A stretch of DNA of 64,000 nucleotides, from the NCBI GenBank assembly GCA_963802165.1, contig CAWDHT010000017.1:245077-309076 (forward strand), given 5' to 3'. A program made the translations under genes and the position numbers. This stretch comes from an uncultured Chloroflexia bacterium. GTDB lineage: Bacteria > Chloroflexota > Limnocylindria > Limnocylindrales > CSP1-4. Below are positions 9,668-19,069 of the stretch, piece after piece. The stretch's first letter is position 1, and every line of letters begins with the position of its first letter. A model generated the notes under the pieces. It worked only from the letters and a program-made list of their open reading frames with translations, was not told where the DNA came from and did not search any database.

Positions 9668-11507
9668 TCAGGTGATCGTCGCGAACGGCTCCGCCGCGGC
9701 GGCCTCCGCCTCGAGCCCGAGGCTGGCGAGGGTGGCCCGGGTGGGCACGCCGCGGTCGTCATAGCCCCGGATGTCGTAGTAGTGGCCCAGCAGCTCGTCG
9801 TACTTGTCGCGGTCGAGGTACAGGCCCGCGATCGGGCCCTCCGTGTCGGCGTTGGCCGGGTCGAACCAGATCTCCGGCACGTAGTCGGCGGTGCGATCCG
9901 TGTCCGGGAACTCGCGCAGCCAGAACAGCTTCATGAGCGCGTAGATCCGGTCCGAGATCGGCCAGAAGTCGTCGAGCGTCCAGTTCTTGCCCGTGATCGT
10001 GTTGAAGTAGATGGGGTAGTGCTCCACGCCCCAGCCCAGCTCCACCCACGGGAAGCGACAGGTCACGATCGACTCGAACAGCCCGCCGCGGATCCGCTGG
10101 AGGTCGACGATCTTCTGGGCCTTGTCGCGCCCGTAGGACCCACGCTCGGTCTGCTTGACCTCGTAGGTGATGATCCACGACTCCTTGTGGTGGGCGCCGA
10201 TCGGGCTCACCCCGAACGCGAGGGCCATGCCCGGGATGAACTTGCAGTTGTAGGCCGAGATCTCCAGGCCCTTGACCTGCATGGCGTAGGCCTCGGACCC
10301 GTGGCCGAAGGCGCGGGCCGCGCGCAGCGTGCCCTCGGCGAGGATGTCGCCGACCTCGCCCTCGCGGTGCGCGATCATGCCCAGGACCCGCTTCATGCCC
10401 TCCGAATCGCCGAAGCGGAGGTCACCCTCGACGGCACCCTGCTCGATCGCGTCCGCGTAGAACCCGAGGACACTGCCGGCCGAGATCGTGTCCAGGCCGT
10501 AGTCGTCGCACAGGTAGTTGAGGGTGCCGACGGCCGCAAGGTCGTAGATGTCGAGGTTCGGCCCGAGGAGGCCGATGTTCTCGTAGTCGATCTCCGACTC
10601 GCGCCCCTCCTCGTCCGGGATGGCGATGCCGCAGCGCATGGTGCAGTTGGGGCAGCCGTAGGTGGCCATCCGCACCGCGTTGGCCCGCTCGCCGTCGACC
10701 ATCCAGGCGTCGGGGTGGTGGGTGCCCCGGAAGTTGTGGACCGGGAGGGCCGCCACCTCGTTGCACCACGGGAGCACGCCGTCCGTGCCCTGGATGGACC
10801 AGCCCGGACTCCTTGTCCATCGCCCGGACTTCCTTGAGGTCGTCGCGACCGAGCGCCTTCATCTCGGCCGGAAACGCCTGCGGGATGACCTTGGAGCCCT
10901 TGAACACGATCGCCTTGAGGAGCTTGGAGCCCATGACGGCGCCCATGCCGGGCCGCCCGCCGGACCGCCCCTCCAGGCTGCGGACCGTGGCGTAGCGGAC
11001 CATGTTCTCGCCGCCCTGGCCGATGTTCAGGACGCCGACGCCCTTGCCGTACTTCGCGTAGATCCAGTCGTTGGTCGCGATGGTGCCCTGGCCCCAGACC
11101 TCGTCGGCCGGCAGGTACTCGACGCGGTCGTCCTCGATGTAGAGCATGGTGGGGCTGTCGGCCTTGCCCTCGACGACCAGCGCGTCGTAGCCCGCCTTGC
11201 GGATCTGGTCGGTGACGCGCGTGCCCAGGTTCCCATCGCCGTAGCCGCCGGTTGCCGGAGACTTCGCGGCGACGATCGTCTTGCCGGTGTTGGGGGCTGG
11301 GATGCCGGAGATGGGGCCGACCGCCACGACGAGCTTGTTCTCGGGCCCGAGGGGGTCGATCCCCGGAGCCAGCTCGTCGTAGAGGATCTTCACGGCGAAC
11401 CCGCGGCCGCCGATCCACGTCGTGGCGAAGTCCTCGGAGAACGTCTCCACGCGGTGCGTCCGGTTCGTCAGGTTGACCCTGAGGATCTGCCCGGTCCAAC
11501 CATCCAT
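9668..11507 (-). pseudogene. Tungsten-containing aldehyde:ferredoxin oxidoreductase (AOR family), frameshifted
   Basis: N-terminus MDGWTGQILRVNLTNRTHRVETFSEDFATTWIGGRGFAVKILYDEL... in ORF 10422..12548. C-terminus ...GVLPWCNEVAALPVHNFRGTHHPDAWMVDGERANAVRMATYGCPNCTMRCG... in ORF 9668..10777. The frame change is at about 10780-10795 (gggCacg). Confidence 0.8.
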
Positions 11508-11723
11508 CGTCAGCTCATCCTTGCATCGGTCGTCGCATCCGATCACGGGCCGTTCAAATGCCCGCCCCGGGAAGCCTTGAGCCCCGCATCGCCAGACGGC
11601 TCCGCAGGTTGTCTGCGGCCAGTCTAGTGGTGCGCAAGGGGCCCGTGGGAGGGCGGACTGGCAGGCGCGGACCGGGACCTCCGTGCCATGAACGGCGGGC
11701 CGACGAACCCGCAGACTGCCGCC

Positions 11724-13353
11724 ATGCACCTCCCGAGCCGGGGCCGTCGAGCCGCCCCTGCGATCCTCGCGTCGCTGATGGCCGCGATGCTCGCCGGCTT
11801 CTTCGCACCCGTCGCCCCGGCCCGAGCGGCCGATGACTACCCGCCCGGCTACCGGGGGTTCCACACCCATGCGGAGATGGTTGCGGAGGTGCAGTCCATC
11901 GCCGCGGCACATCCGGACATCGTCCGGACGTTCTCCATCGGCCGCAGCCACCAGGGACGGGACCTGCTCGCGGCCAAGGTGTCCGACAACGTCGGCGCCG
12001 ACGAGCTGGAGCCCGAGGTCCTGTTCGACGGCCTGACCCACGGCAACGAGCCCATGGGCCTGGAGATGACGCTGGCGATCCTTCGCTGGCTCACCGACGG
12101 CTACGAGACGGACGCGCGGATCACCTCCATCGTGCGGTCGCGCGAGACCTGGCTCGTGTTCGCGGTGAACCCCGACGGCCAGGCCCACGACTACGGCTCC
12201 GGCTCGCTGCGCAACTGGCGCCGCAATCGGCAGCCCACGCCGGGCAGCACCGCGATCGGCACGGACCTGAACCGCAACTTCGGCTATCGATGGGGCGGCA
12301 AGGGCTCGAGCGGCAACCCGTATTCCACCCGCTTCCGGGGCCGTGCCGCCTTCTCGGCCCCGGAGACGCGCGCCGTGCGCGACTTCGTCGCGAGCCGGGT
12401 GGTCCACGGCCGCCAGCAGATCCGGGCCTCCATCTCGTTCCACGAGTACGGGCGGGTGGTGATGTGGCCGTACGCGGCGACCATGGCGAACATCCCGGCC
12501 GACATGACGGCCCAGGATCATGAAGCCCTCGCGAGGATCGCACGGCACATGGCCACGACCTCGCGCTATGCGGCCAAGCAGGCCAGCGACCTGTACCTGG
12601 CGTCGGGAACCACCGCCGACTACCTCTATGGCCGGTACCGCGTGTTCGCCTTCACCATCGAGATGTCCGCGGTGGACTATCCGAAGGACACGGCGATCGG
12701 GTCCGAGACGTTGCGCAATCGGGAGGCGGTCCTCTGGCTCCTCGAGCGCGCATGGTGCCCCTTGGGGGTGCTGGGCGCCACCGTCAAGGAAGCCCGCTGC
12801 GGGGCGCTTGACGACGATCTGGAAGTGTCCCGCGGCTGGACCGTGAACCCGGACGGGACCGATACCGCGCCGGCGTCCGCGCGCTGGGTTCGGGCGAACC
12901 CGGCCGGGACGTCGTCGCGGGGGAACCGCGCTCCAGCGGGGCGCCGCGGCGTCCGGTCGATTGGCGCTGGTGACGGGGGCTCCCGCCGGGTCCCGGGCAA
13001 GCTCCTACGACCTCGACGGGCGGACCACCGCGCGGTCCGCGCCGATCACCTTGCCCGCCGCCGCCGGCCAGCGACTGACGTTCCGATGGCTGTTCGCCCA
13101 CCCGGAGGGATCGTCTTCAACCGCGGACCACCTGCGGGCGATCGTCGAGACTGCGAGCGGTTCCCAGACGGTGGTCTGGGAGCGGCGCGGGTCCCGAAGG
13201 GCGTCCTCGGGCTCGTGGCGGAGCGCGTCCGTGGGCCTCGATCCTTGGGCCGGACAGGTGATCCGGATCCGGTTCGAGGCAGTGGACGGCGGCGCCTCCT
13301 CGATCGTCGAGGCCGGCGTCGACGACGTGCGGGTGACGCGCCCGCCCGGGTGA
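11724..13353 (+). pseudogene. M14-family zinc carboxypeptidase with signal peptide, frameshifted
   Basis: Signal peptide MHLPSRGRRAAPAILASLMAAMLAGFFAPVAPARA. Catalytic region contains HGNEP and NPDG...DLNRNF. The C-terminal domain (ORF 12961..13353) is in another frame. The G5 run at 12919-12923 would restore a single frame if it were G4. Confidence 0.8.
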
Positions 13354-13380
13354 ACCGGCCCGCCCCGGACCCGCGGCCGC

Positions 13381-14268
13381 TCAGGCGAACAGCGCCGAGA
13401 CGACCTCAGCGATCGACGGCGCGACCCCGTCCGGCGCGTAGGGATAGCGCCTGCGCTCCGCAACCGCGGCGAGCTCCGCGTCGCCGTGCTTGCCGGTCCG
13501 CACAAACACCGTCCGCAGCCCGGCCCGCCGGCCGCCGCCGATGTCGCTGTTCACGTCGTCGCCCACCATCGCGAGCTCCGAACGCAGGAGCGGCCGCTCG
13601 CCGCGCGCGGCGGCCTCGGCGGCCAGGCGCCGGACCGCGGCCGCGAAGAAGGCGGGCGACGGCTTGCCGACGATCCTCGCGCGCCTGCCGGCCGCCCACT
13701 CGAGGCCGACCAGGAACGCGCCGGCGTCCAGGGTGGGGCCCGCCTGGGTCAGCCACCACGGGTTGCGGTGCATGCCCAGCAGCTCCGCGCCGGCCTTCAC
13801 GCAGCGGAATGCCCGGTCGAGGTTGGCCTTGGACAGCTCGTCGGGCGAGTCGCCCAGGATCACGGCGGCCACGGCCGAAGGGTCTGTGTCCACCTCCTGG
13901 CCCGTGACCACGTTGAGGGCCGTGAGCTCCGTGCGGGCGTCGGCCGAGGCGATCACGAACACCGGCCGGTCGCCGTACTCGTGCAGGGCGATGGCCGCCG
14001 ACGCCGACAGCGCCGACTGGAACCGCTCGACGGGCGTCGTGAACCCGACCTTGCGGCCCCAGCCAGCCAGCCGGCCACGCGACACCAGCGACGTGTTGGT
14101 CACGACCAGGTACGGGAACGCCCGCCGCTCCAGCTCGTTCACCGCCTCCACGGCACCCGGGACCGCGGCGCCCTTGAGAACGAGGACGCCGTCGAGATCC
14201 AGCAGCAGGCCGCGGACTCCCTGCAGGGCTGCACGCAGCGAGGCGTCGGACGGGACCGGCTGGGGCAT
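13381..14268 (-). CDS. HAD-superfamily hydrolase (subfamily IIA-like)
   Basis: LLLDLDGVLV, VVTNTS, GKPSPAFF and MVGDDVNSDIGGGRRAG motifs. The internal ATG (MPQPVPSD) is the preferred start. Confidence 0.8.
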   Translation of the reverse strand: MPQPVPSDASLRAALQGVRGLLLDLDGVLVLKGAAVPGAVEAVNELERRAFPYLVVTNTSLVSRGRLAGWGRKVGFTTPVERFQSALSASAAIALHEYGDRPVFVIASADARTELTALNVVTGQEVDTDPSAVAAVILGDSPDELSKANLDRAFRCVKAGAELLGMHRNPWWLTQAGPTLDAGAFLVGLEWAAGRRARIVGKPSPAFFAAAVRRLAAEAAARGERPLLRSELAMVGDDVNSDIGGGRRAGLRTVFVRTGKHGDAELAAVAERRRYPYAPDGVAPSIAEVVSALFA

Positions 14269-14300
14269 GATGCTCAGGGTACCGAAGGGAGGAGCCACGC

Positions 14301-15083
14301 ATGGGTCTGCTCGAGGGGCGCAAGGCGCTCGTGTTCGGGGTCGCGAACGACCACTCCATCGCCTGGGGCATCGCCAAGGCGCTGCATGACGAGGGCGCCG
14401 TCGTGGGCTTCTCGTCCGTGGAGAGCCTCATCGAACGCCGTGTCCGCCCGCTCGCGGACTCCATCGGCAGCCCGTTCGTGGAGGCCTGCGACGTCACCAG
14501 CGACGACGACATCCGGCGCGTGATGACCCGGTGGCACGAGGAGCAGGGCGAGATCGACATCCTCGTCCACGCGATCGCCTACGCCAAGCGGGAGGACCTC
14601 GACGGCACCTTCGTCGACACGTCGCGCGACGGGTTCGCGCTGGCGCTGGACGTGTCCGCGTACTCGCTGGTCGCGCTCACGCGGGAGGCGCGGCCATACC
14701 TCCATCGCGGCAGCTCGATCCTCACCCTGACCTACTACGGCGCGGAGAAGGTCGTCACCCACTACAACGTGATGGGCGTGGCCAAGGCCGCGCTCGAGGC
14801 GTCGGTGCGCTACCTCGCCGCGGACCTCGGACCGGACGGCATCCGGGTCAACGCGATCTCCGCGGGTCCGATCCGCACCCTGTCCGCCGGCGGCATCGCG
14901 GGCTTCCGCAAGCTCTACGGCCCCTTCGACCAGGTCGCGCCGCTGCGCTCGCACATCACCATCGAGGACTGCGGCAGGACCGCCGTGTACCTCGGCTCGG
15001 ACCTCTCGTCGGCGGTCACGGGTGAGGTGATCTACGTGGACGGCGGGTTCAGCATCATGGGCGTTCCGTCGCCCGCGGACTGA
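14301..15083 (+). CDS. fabI: Enoyl-[acyl-carrier-protein] reductase (NADH)
   Basis: GKKALVFGVANDHSIAWGIAKAL...YYGAEKVVTHYNVMGVAKAALEASVRYLAADLGPDGIRVNAISAGPIRT. GGGAGGAG ribosome-binding site 6 nt upstream of the start. Confidence 0.9.
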   Translation: MGLLEGRKALVFGVANDHSIAWGIAKALHDEGAVVGFSSVESLIERRVRPLADSIGSPFVEACDVTSDDDIRRVMTRWHEEQGEIDILVHAIAYAKREDLDGTFVDTSRDGFALALDVSAYSLVALTREARPYLHRGSSILTLTYYGAEKVVTHYNVMGVAKAALEASVRYLAADLGPDGIRVNAISAGPIRTLSAGGIAGFRKLYGPFDQVAPLRSHITIEDCGRTAVYLGSDLSSAVTGEVIYVDGGFSIMGVPSPAD

Positions 15084-15126
15084 CGCGACTGCTCGTGCCA
15101 CGTCCAGGGTTCCGCAGGGGAGCGGG

Positions 15127-16026
15127 ATGATCCCCCGGTCCGGCCGCCCGTTCGACGCGTCCGTGCTCGAGGCGGTCGACCGCTGGGGGGCGCAGACCGT
15201 CGCCGTGGCGGTCGTCGACGACGCCGGCCTCGTGGCCTCGCGTGGACCGCTGGATCGCGCGCTGCCCTGGGCATCGGTCACGAAGCTGGTGACGGCGTGC
15301 GTGGTCCTGGTCGGGGTGCGGCGGGGCGCGCTGGCGCTCGACGCGCCGGCCGGACCGCCCGGCTCGACCGTCCGACACCTGCTGGCACACGCCGGCGGCT
15401 ACGGCTTCGACGGGGGCGTGCTGGCGGCCCCCGGGCGGACGCGGATCTACTCCAACACGGGGTTCGACACCCTGGGTGAGGCGCTGGAGGCCGCGGCCGG
15501 GCAGTCGTTCGCGGAGCTGCTGGGCGCGTGGGTGCTGGAGCCGCTCTCCATGACCGGGACGCGGCTGGAGGGGCGGCCGTCCGAGGGCCTGGTGGGGCCG
15601 GCGGCGGACCTGGCCGCGTTCGCGCACGAGCTGCTGGCGCCTCGGGTCCTGCCCGCCGGGCTCGTGGCCGAGGCGGCGACCGTCGCATTCCCCGGGCTCC
15701 GGGGGGTGCTGCCGGGGTTCGGGCTCCAGGATCCAAACGACTGGGGGCTGGGCTTCGAGATCCGCGGGCGGAAGTCACCGCACTGGACGGGCGGCGGCAA
15801 CTCGCCGGCGACGTTCGGGCACTTCGGGCGGAGCGGGACGTTCCTCTGGGTGGACCCCGTCGCTCGGCTGGCGGTGGCGTGCCTCACCGACCGGCCGTTC
15901 GGGGCGTGGGCAGGCGAGGCATGGCCGGCGCTGTCGGACGCGGTGCTGGAATGCGCGCGGCGGACCGACAGGCCAGACGCGCCAGGACCCTCCCCTACCA
16001 GCCCCAGGAGCCCGGCCCGCCCTTGA
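15127..16026 (+). CDS. Serine hydrolase, beta-lactamase/PBP-related family
   Basis: SVTK (SxxK) active-site motif near the N-terminus and class C/PBP-like architecture. Confidence 0.7.
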   Translation: MIPRSGRPFDASVLEAVDRWGAQTVAVAVVDDAGLVASRGPLDRALPWASVTKLVTACVVLVGVRRGALALDAPAGPPGSTVRHLLAHAGGYGFDGGVLAAPGRTRIYSNTGFDTLGEALEAAAGQSFAELLGAWVLEPLSMTGTRLEGRPSEGLVGPAADLAAFAHELLAPRVLPAGLVAEAATVAFPGLRGVLPGFGLQDPNDWGLGFEIRGRKSPHWTGGGNSPATFGHFGRSGTFLWVDPVARLAVACLTDRPFGAWAGEAWPALSDAVLECARRTDRPDAPGPSPTSPRSPARP

Positions 16027-16047
16027 CGGGGCCAACGATCCGGGACG

Positions 16048-16529
16048 TCATCCAGCCGCCGTAGAAGCCGCCCGGCTGGGGTGTGGCGCAGCTCGCTTCC
16101 GACCCAGGCCTCGTCGACCCGGGAGGCGTAGAAGGACAAGCAGCCTCGGATCGCCTCGAACCCGGGGGCCGGGTGCTCGTAGGACCACGCGATGTCTTCG
16201 ATCTGTCGCCCCCCGGACAAGAGGGACCAGTAGGACGCCATGCCCTTCCACTCGCAGTGGCTGGAGGATGGCGATGGCCGGAGGAGATCCATGCGGATGT
16301 CCGAAGGTGGGATGTAGTAGCCGGGAGGGTGCGAGGTCTCCAGGACGCGGAACGCGCGCAAGGTGTCGGCGATGACGATCCCGTCGACGACGACCCGGAT
16401 GCGCTCCGTGACAGGCTCGATCCGAGGCGGCCTCGGGTAGTCCCAGGCGGACTCCTGGCCCGGCCCGGGGACGACCGGCACAACTCCCCGGGGGACGCGG
16501 CCGGCGAACCGGTAGGGCGCGTCAGCCAC
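16048..16529 (-). CDS. DUF427 domain protein; 3' end uncertain, probable 1-nt frameshift near 16075
   Basis: Conserved DUF427 core (YYIPPSDIRMDLL...CEWKGMASYWS...IAWSYEHPAPGFEAIRGCLSFYASRVDEAWVGSE). The listed ORF 15447..16529 reads on for about 200 more codons, antisense through the neighbouring gene. Reading one extra C in the cccc run at about 16078-16081 gives a stop at 16048-16050, 22 bp from the convergent gene. Confidence 0.5.
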
Positions 16530-17004
16530 CGGCCCTGCAGCCCCGGCAGCGTCCCGAGATCGAGAGGTGGGACAGCTCCACCGCGAAGCCGCGATCCGCG
16601 TTCAGTGCCGCCACCAGGGTTGCCGCCTCCCCGGCCTCGATCTCCCAGGTCTCACGGCAGCTCAGGCAGTGCAGGTGCCCGTGATCGGCCTCGGGGAGCA
16701 CGTGGAACTCCTCGCGGCCGTCGGCACCGTGCGCGTGGCGCACGATCCCCAGCTCCTCGAGCACGTCCAGCGTCCGGTAGACGGTGGACGGGGTCGTGGC
16801 CGGGTCCACCTGCCTGCAGCGCTCGACGAGCTCCGCACCAGTCACGTGGCCATCGGCTCCCGAGAGGACCTCGATCAGGACGCGGCGCTGCGGTGTCCAG
16901 CGAAGGCCGCGAGCGTGCAGGCGCTCGCGGACGTCACCCCATGGCGCGCCATCGGCCGGGGGTCCGGGACGGGCGGCACGGGAGGGAGACCCAGTAGGCG
17001 GCAT
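16522..17004 (-). CDS. Fur-family metalloregulator, predicted nickel-responsive (Nur-like)
   Basis: Fur DNA-binding fold with metal sites HAHGADGREEFHVLPEADHGHLHCLSC...CRGC. Divergent from a Ni/Co ECF transporter operon across a TTGCAA-N4-TTGCAA box. Confidence 0.8.
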   Translation of the reverse strand: MPPTGSPSRAARPGPPADGAPWGDVRERLHARGLRWTPQRRVLIEVLSGADGHVTGAELVERCRQVDPATTPSTVYRTLDVLEELGIVRHAHGADGREEFHVLPEADHGHLHCLSCRETWEIEAGEAATLVAALNADRGFAVELSHLSISGRCRGCRAGG

Positions 17005-17025
17005 CGCACGAAGGATAGGGCGGCG

Positions 17026-17043
17026 GGGACGCTTGTTGCAACC
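17026..17043. promoter_or_regulatory. Putative Nur/Fur-family operator: TTGCAA-cctc-TTGCAA
   Basis: Seen directly in the 117-bp divergent region between the Fur-family gene and nikM (cttgTTGCAAcctcTTGCAAcag). Each hexamer is its own reverse complement and matches the Streptomyces Nur-box half-site. Confidence 0.55.
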
Positions 17044-17121
17044 TCTTGCAACAGCGACGCCGTGCGACTACGATGACGATCCGAGGCCCTGCCCGACCCG
17101 CCTACCCGGAGACCGTCCGCC

Positions 17122-17901
17122 ATGGACCTGTTCGCCATCGCCGCTGCTCCCGCCGTGAGCGGGTTCGAGCCGTCCCTGCACGCGGCAGATCGGTTCCTGA
17201 CCGTCCCCATCTCTCTCGTCATGTGGGCGATCGTCATCGTCGTGCTGGCGGTGGCCGTGCGGCAGACCAACCGGACGCTCGACGAGCGCTCGGTACCGCT
17301 GATGGGCGTGATGGCCGCGTTCATCTTCGCGGCGCAGATGTTCAACTTCCAGGTCGCCGGAGGGACCTCGGGGCACCTGCTGGGCGGCGTGCTGGTCGCG
17401 GTGCTGCTCGGGCCCTGGGCCGGAACCCTCGTCATGGCCTGCGTGATTGCCGTCCAGGCCCTCGTCTTCTCCGACGGCGGCCTCGTCGTCATGGGCGCCA
17501 ACATCTTCAACATGGGGGTCGTGGGCACGCTCGGCGGTTTCGCTCTGTACATGCTCCTGTGCCGCGTGCTGGGCGGCGAGGACCGCGCCCGTATTCCCGC
17601 CTCGGCCATCGCCGGCTGGGCCTCTGTCGTGGCGGCGGCGGCGTTCATGTCGCTCGAGCTGATCGTGTCCGGGACGAGCCCGGCCGAGATCGTGCTGCCG
17701 GCCATGCTCGGCGTCCACGCGTTCATTGGCATCGGCGAGGCGCTCGTCACCGCGGCGGCCCTGGCGTTCATCGCCGCGACGCGCAAGGACCTCCTGGACC
17801 TCCGCCCAGACCGGGCCGCCGCGCTGGCGGCCAGGACCGCCGCGAGCGGGGCGACGGGTGGCGGGGACGGAACCGGGACCCCGGTCCCGGCGGGAGCCTG
17901 A
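17122..17901 (+). CDS. ECF transporter substrate-capture component CbiM/NikM (Ni/Co)
   Basis: Seven-helix membrane protein with ...MGVMAAFIFAAQMFNFQVAGGTSGHLLGGVL..., characteristic of the CbiM/NikM family. Confidence 0.8.
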   Translation: MDLFAIAAAPAVSGFEPSLHAADRFLTVPISLVMWAIVIVVLAVAVRQTNRTLDERSVPLMGVMAAFIFAAQMFNFQVAGGTSGHLLGGVLVAVLLGPWAGTLVMACVIAVQALVFSDGGLVVMGANIFNMGVVGTLGGFALYMLLCRVLGGEDRARIPASAIAGWASVVAAAAFMSLELIVSGTSPAEIVLPAMLGVHAFIGIGEALVTAAALAFIAATRKDLLDLRPDRAAALAARTAASGATGGGDGTGTPVPAGA

Positions 17902-17926
17902 GGCCATGACTGTCGAGGGAGAGCAC

Positions 17927-18262
17927 ATGAGCACGACGCCCGATCCCGTCACGACGAAGCCCCGAGGCCGCATCGGCCGCTGGTGGTGGGCGGTCGGCCT
18001 CGCCATCGCGGCCCTGGTCGTGATCGTCCTGGCGCCGCTCGCCTCACCGGATCCCGACGGCCTGGAGCGAGTCGCCGAGGACCAGGGGTTCATCGAGCGG
18101 GCCGAGAACTTCTTCTCGGGCCTCCTGGGTGACTACGCGATCCCCGGCATCGACAACGAGTGGCTGTCGACCGTCCTGGCGGGGTTGATCGGGGTCGTGA
18201 TCGTGGTGGCCCTGATGTTCCTGATCGGCCGCGTCGTCGCACGGCGCCGCGTCCAGGAGTAG
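17927..18262 (+). CDS. CbiN/NikN-like PDGLE-domain membrane component
   Basis: MSTTPDPVTTKPRGRIGRWWWAVGLAIAALVVIVLAPLASPDPDGLERVAEDQGF. GGGAGAG ribosome-binding site 4 nt before the ATG. Confidence 0.7.
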   Translation: MSTTPDPVTTKPRGRIGRWWWAVGLAIAALVVIVLAPLASPDPDGLERVAEDQGFIERAENFFSGLLGDYAIPGIDNEWLSTVLAGLIGVVIVVALMFLIGRVVARRRVQE

Positions 18263-19069
18263 GGGCGCCGCGTCCTGGAGATCGACCGCTACGTCGATGG
18301 CAACAGCCCGTTCCACCGGGCGGACGCCCGGCTCAAGTTCATCCTGACGATCGCCGGGATCCTCGTGATCTCGCTGCTGCCCATGGGCTCGTTCCTGGCG
18401 ATGGCGATCATCTGGCTGATCCTGGTGGCCTGCTCCGCGACCGCCGGCCTGGGCCCGTTCCGCCTGTCGCGCTCGGCTGTCGTCGCGCTGCCCTTTGCGC
18501 TGGCCGCCTTCCCGCTGATCTTCACGGTCCAGGAGCAGATCATCACGACGATCACGATCGGACCGCTTGACCTGACGATCTCCGCCGAGGGCCTGCGGCG
18601 CTTCTTCACGATCATGATCGGGAGTTGGTTGTCGGTGCAGGTCGCCCTCCTGCTGGCGTTCACCACGCCGTTCCACGACCTGATCGACGCCCTGCGGGAG
18701 CTGCACCTGCCCCGGATCCTGGTGTCGATCATCTCCTTCATGTACCGCTACATCGCCGTCCTCACCGACGAGGGCTCGCGGATGCTCAGGGCACGCGACG
18801 CCCGCTCAGCGGCGGGGTCCGGCAACGCCGGCGGCTCCATCCGCTGGCGTGCGACCGTCACCGGGCGCATGGTCGGCTCCCTGTTCCTGCGCGCGTACGA
18901 GCGCAGCGAGCGCATCTACGCCGCCATGCAGGCGCGCGGTTTCGAGGGCGAGTTCCGGCACCTCCAGGCCCGCGCCCTCCATCGCTCCGAGGTCGCCTGG
19001 CTGTTCCTGTTCCTCGCGCTGTTCGCCGCCTACGAGGTCATCGCCATCCTGTGGCTGCCACGCCAGTGA
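18263..19069 (+). CDS. ECF transporter T component CbiQ/NikQ; start codon unclear
   Basis: ORF track starts at the GTG at 18365, but the conserved CbiQ N-terminal motif (LEIDRYVDGNSPFHRADARLKFIL) is encoded in the same frame from 18263. That is immediately after the TAG that ends the upstream gene, and there is no canonical start codon in between. Confidence 0.7.
   Translation, partial: GRRVLEIDRYVDGNSPFHRADARLKFILTIAGILVISLLPMGSFLAMAIIWLILVACSATAGLGPFRLSRSAVVALPFALAAFPLIFTVQEQIITTITIGPLDLTISAEGLRRFFTIMIGSWLSVQVALLLAFTTPFHDLIDALRELHLPRILVSIISFMYRYIAVLTDEGSRMLRARDARSAAGSGNAGGSIRWRATVTGRMVGSLFLRAYERSERIYAAMQARGFEGEFRHLQARALHRSEVAWLFLFLALFAAYEVIAILWLPRQ

Noticed and set aside
13354-13380. Possible bidirectional terminator between the convergent carboxypeptidase and HAD genes, and similarly at 52427..52483
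   Set aside because: Only short GC stems (GGGT/ACC; GGCGCCCG/CGGGGGCC with a mismatch) and no U-tract. These are indistinguishable from background in 70% GC DNA.
11688-13907. 739-aa ORF with a long Arg/Pro/Ser-rich C-terminal extension on the carboxypeptidase
   Set aside because: The extension (12925..13907) is nonsense produced after the frameshift. The real C-terminal domain is ORF 12961..13353 in another frame.
17005-17121. Interpreting the TTGCAA pair as a generic Fur (iron) box
   Set aside because: A Fur box is a 19-bp GATAATGATAATCATTATC-type AT-rich dyad. This motif is GC-balanced TTGCAA repeats, and the flanking genes are a Ni/Co importer, so a nickel-responsive Nur-type site is the better reading.
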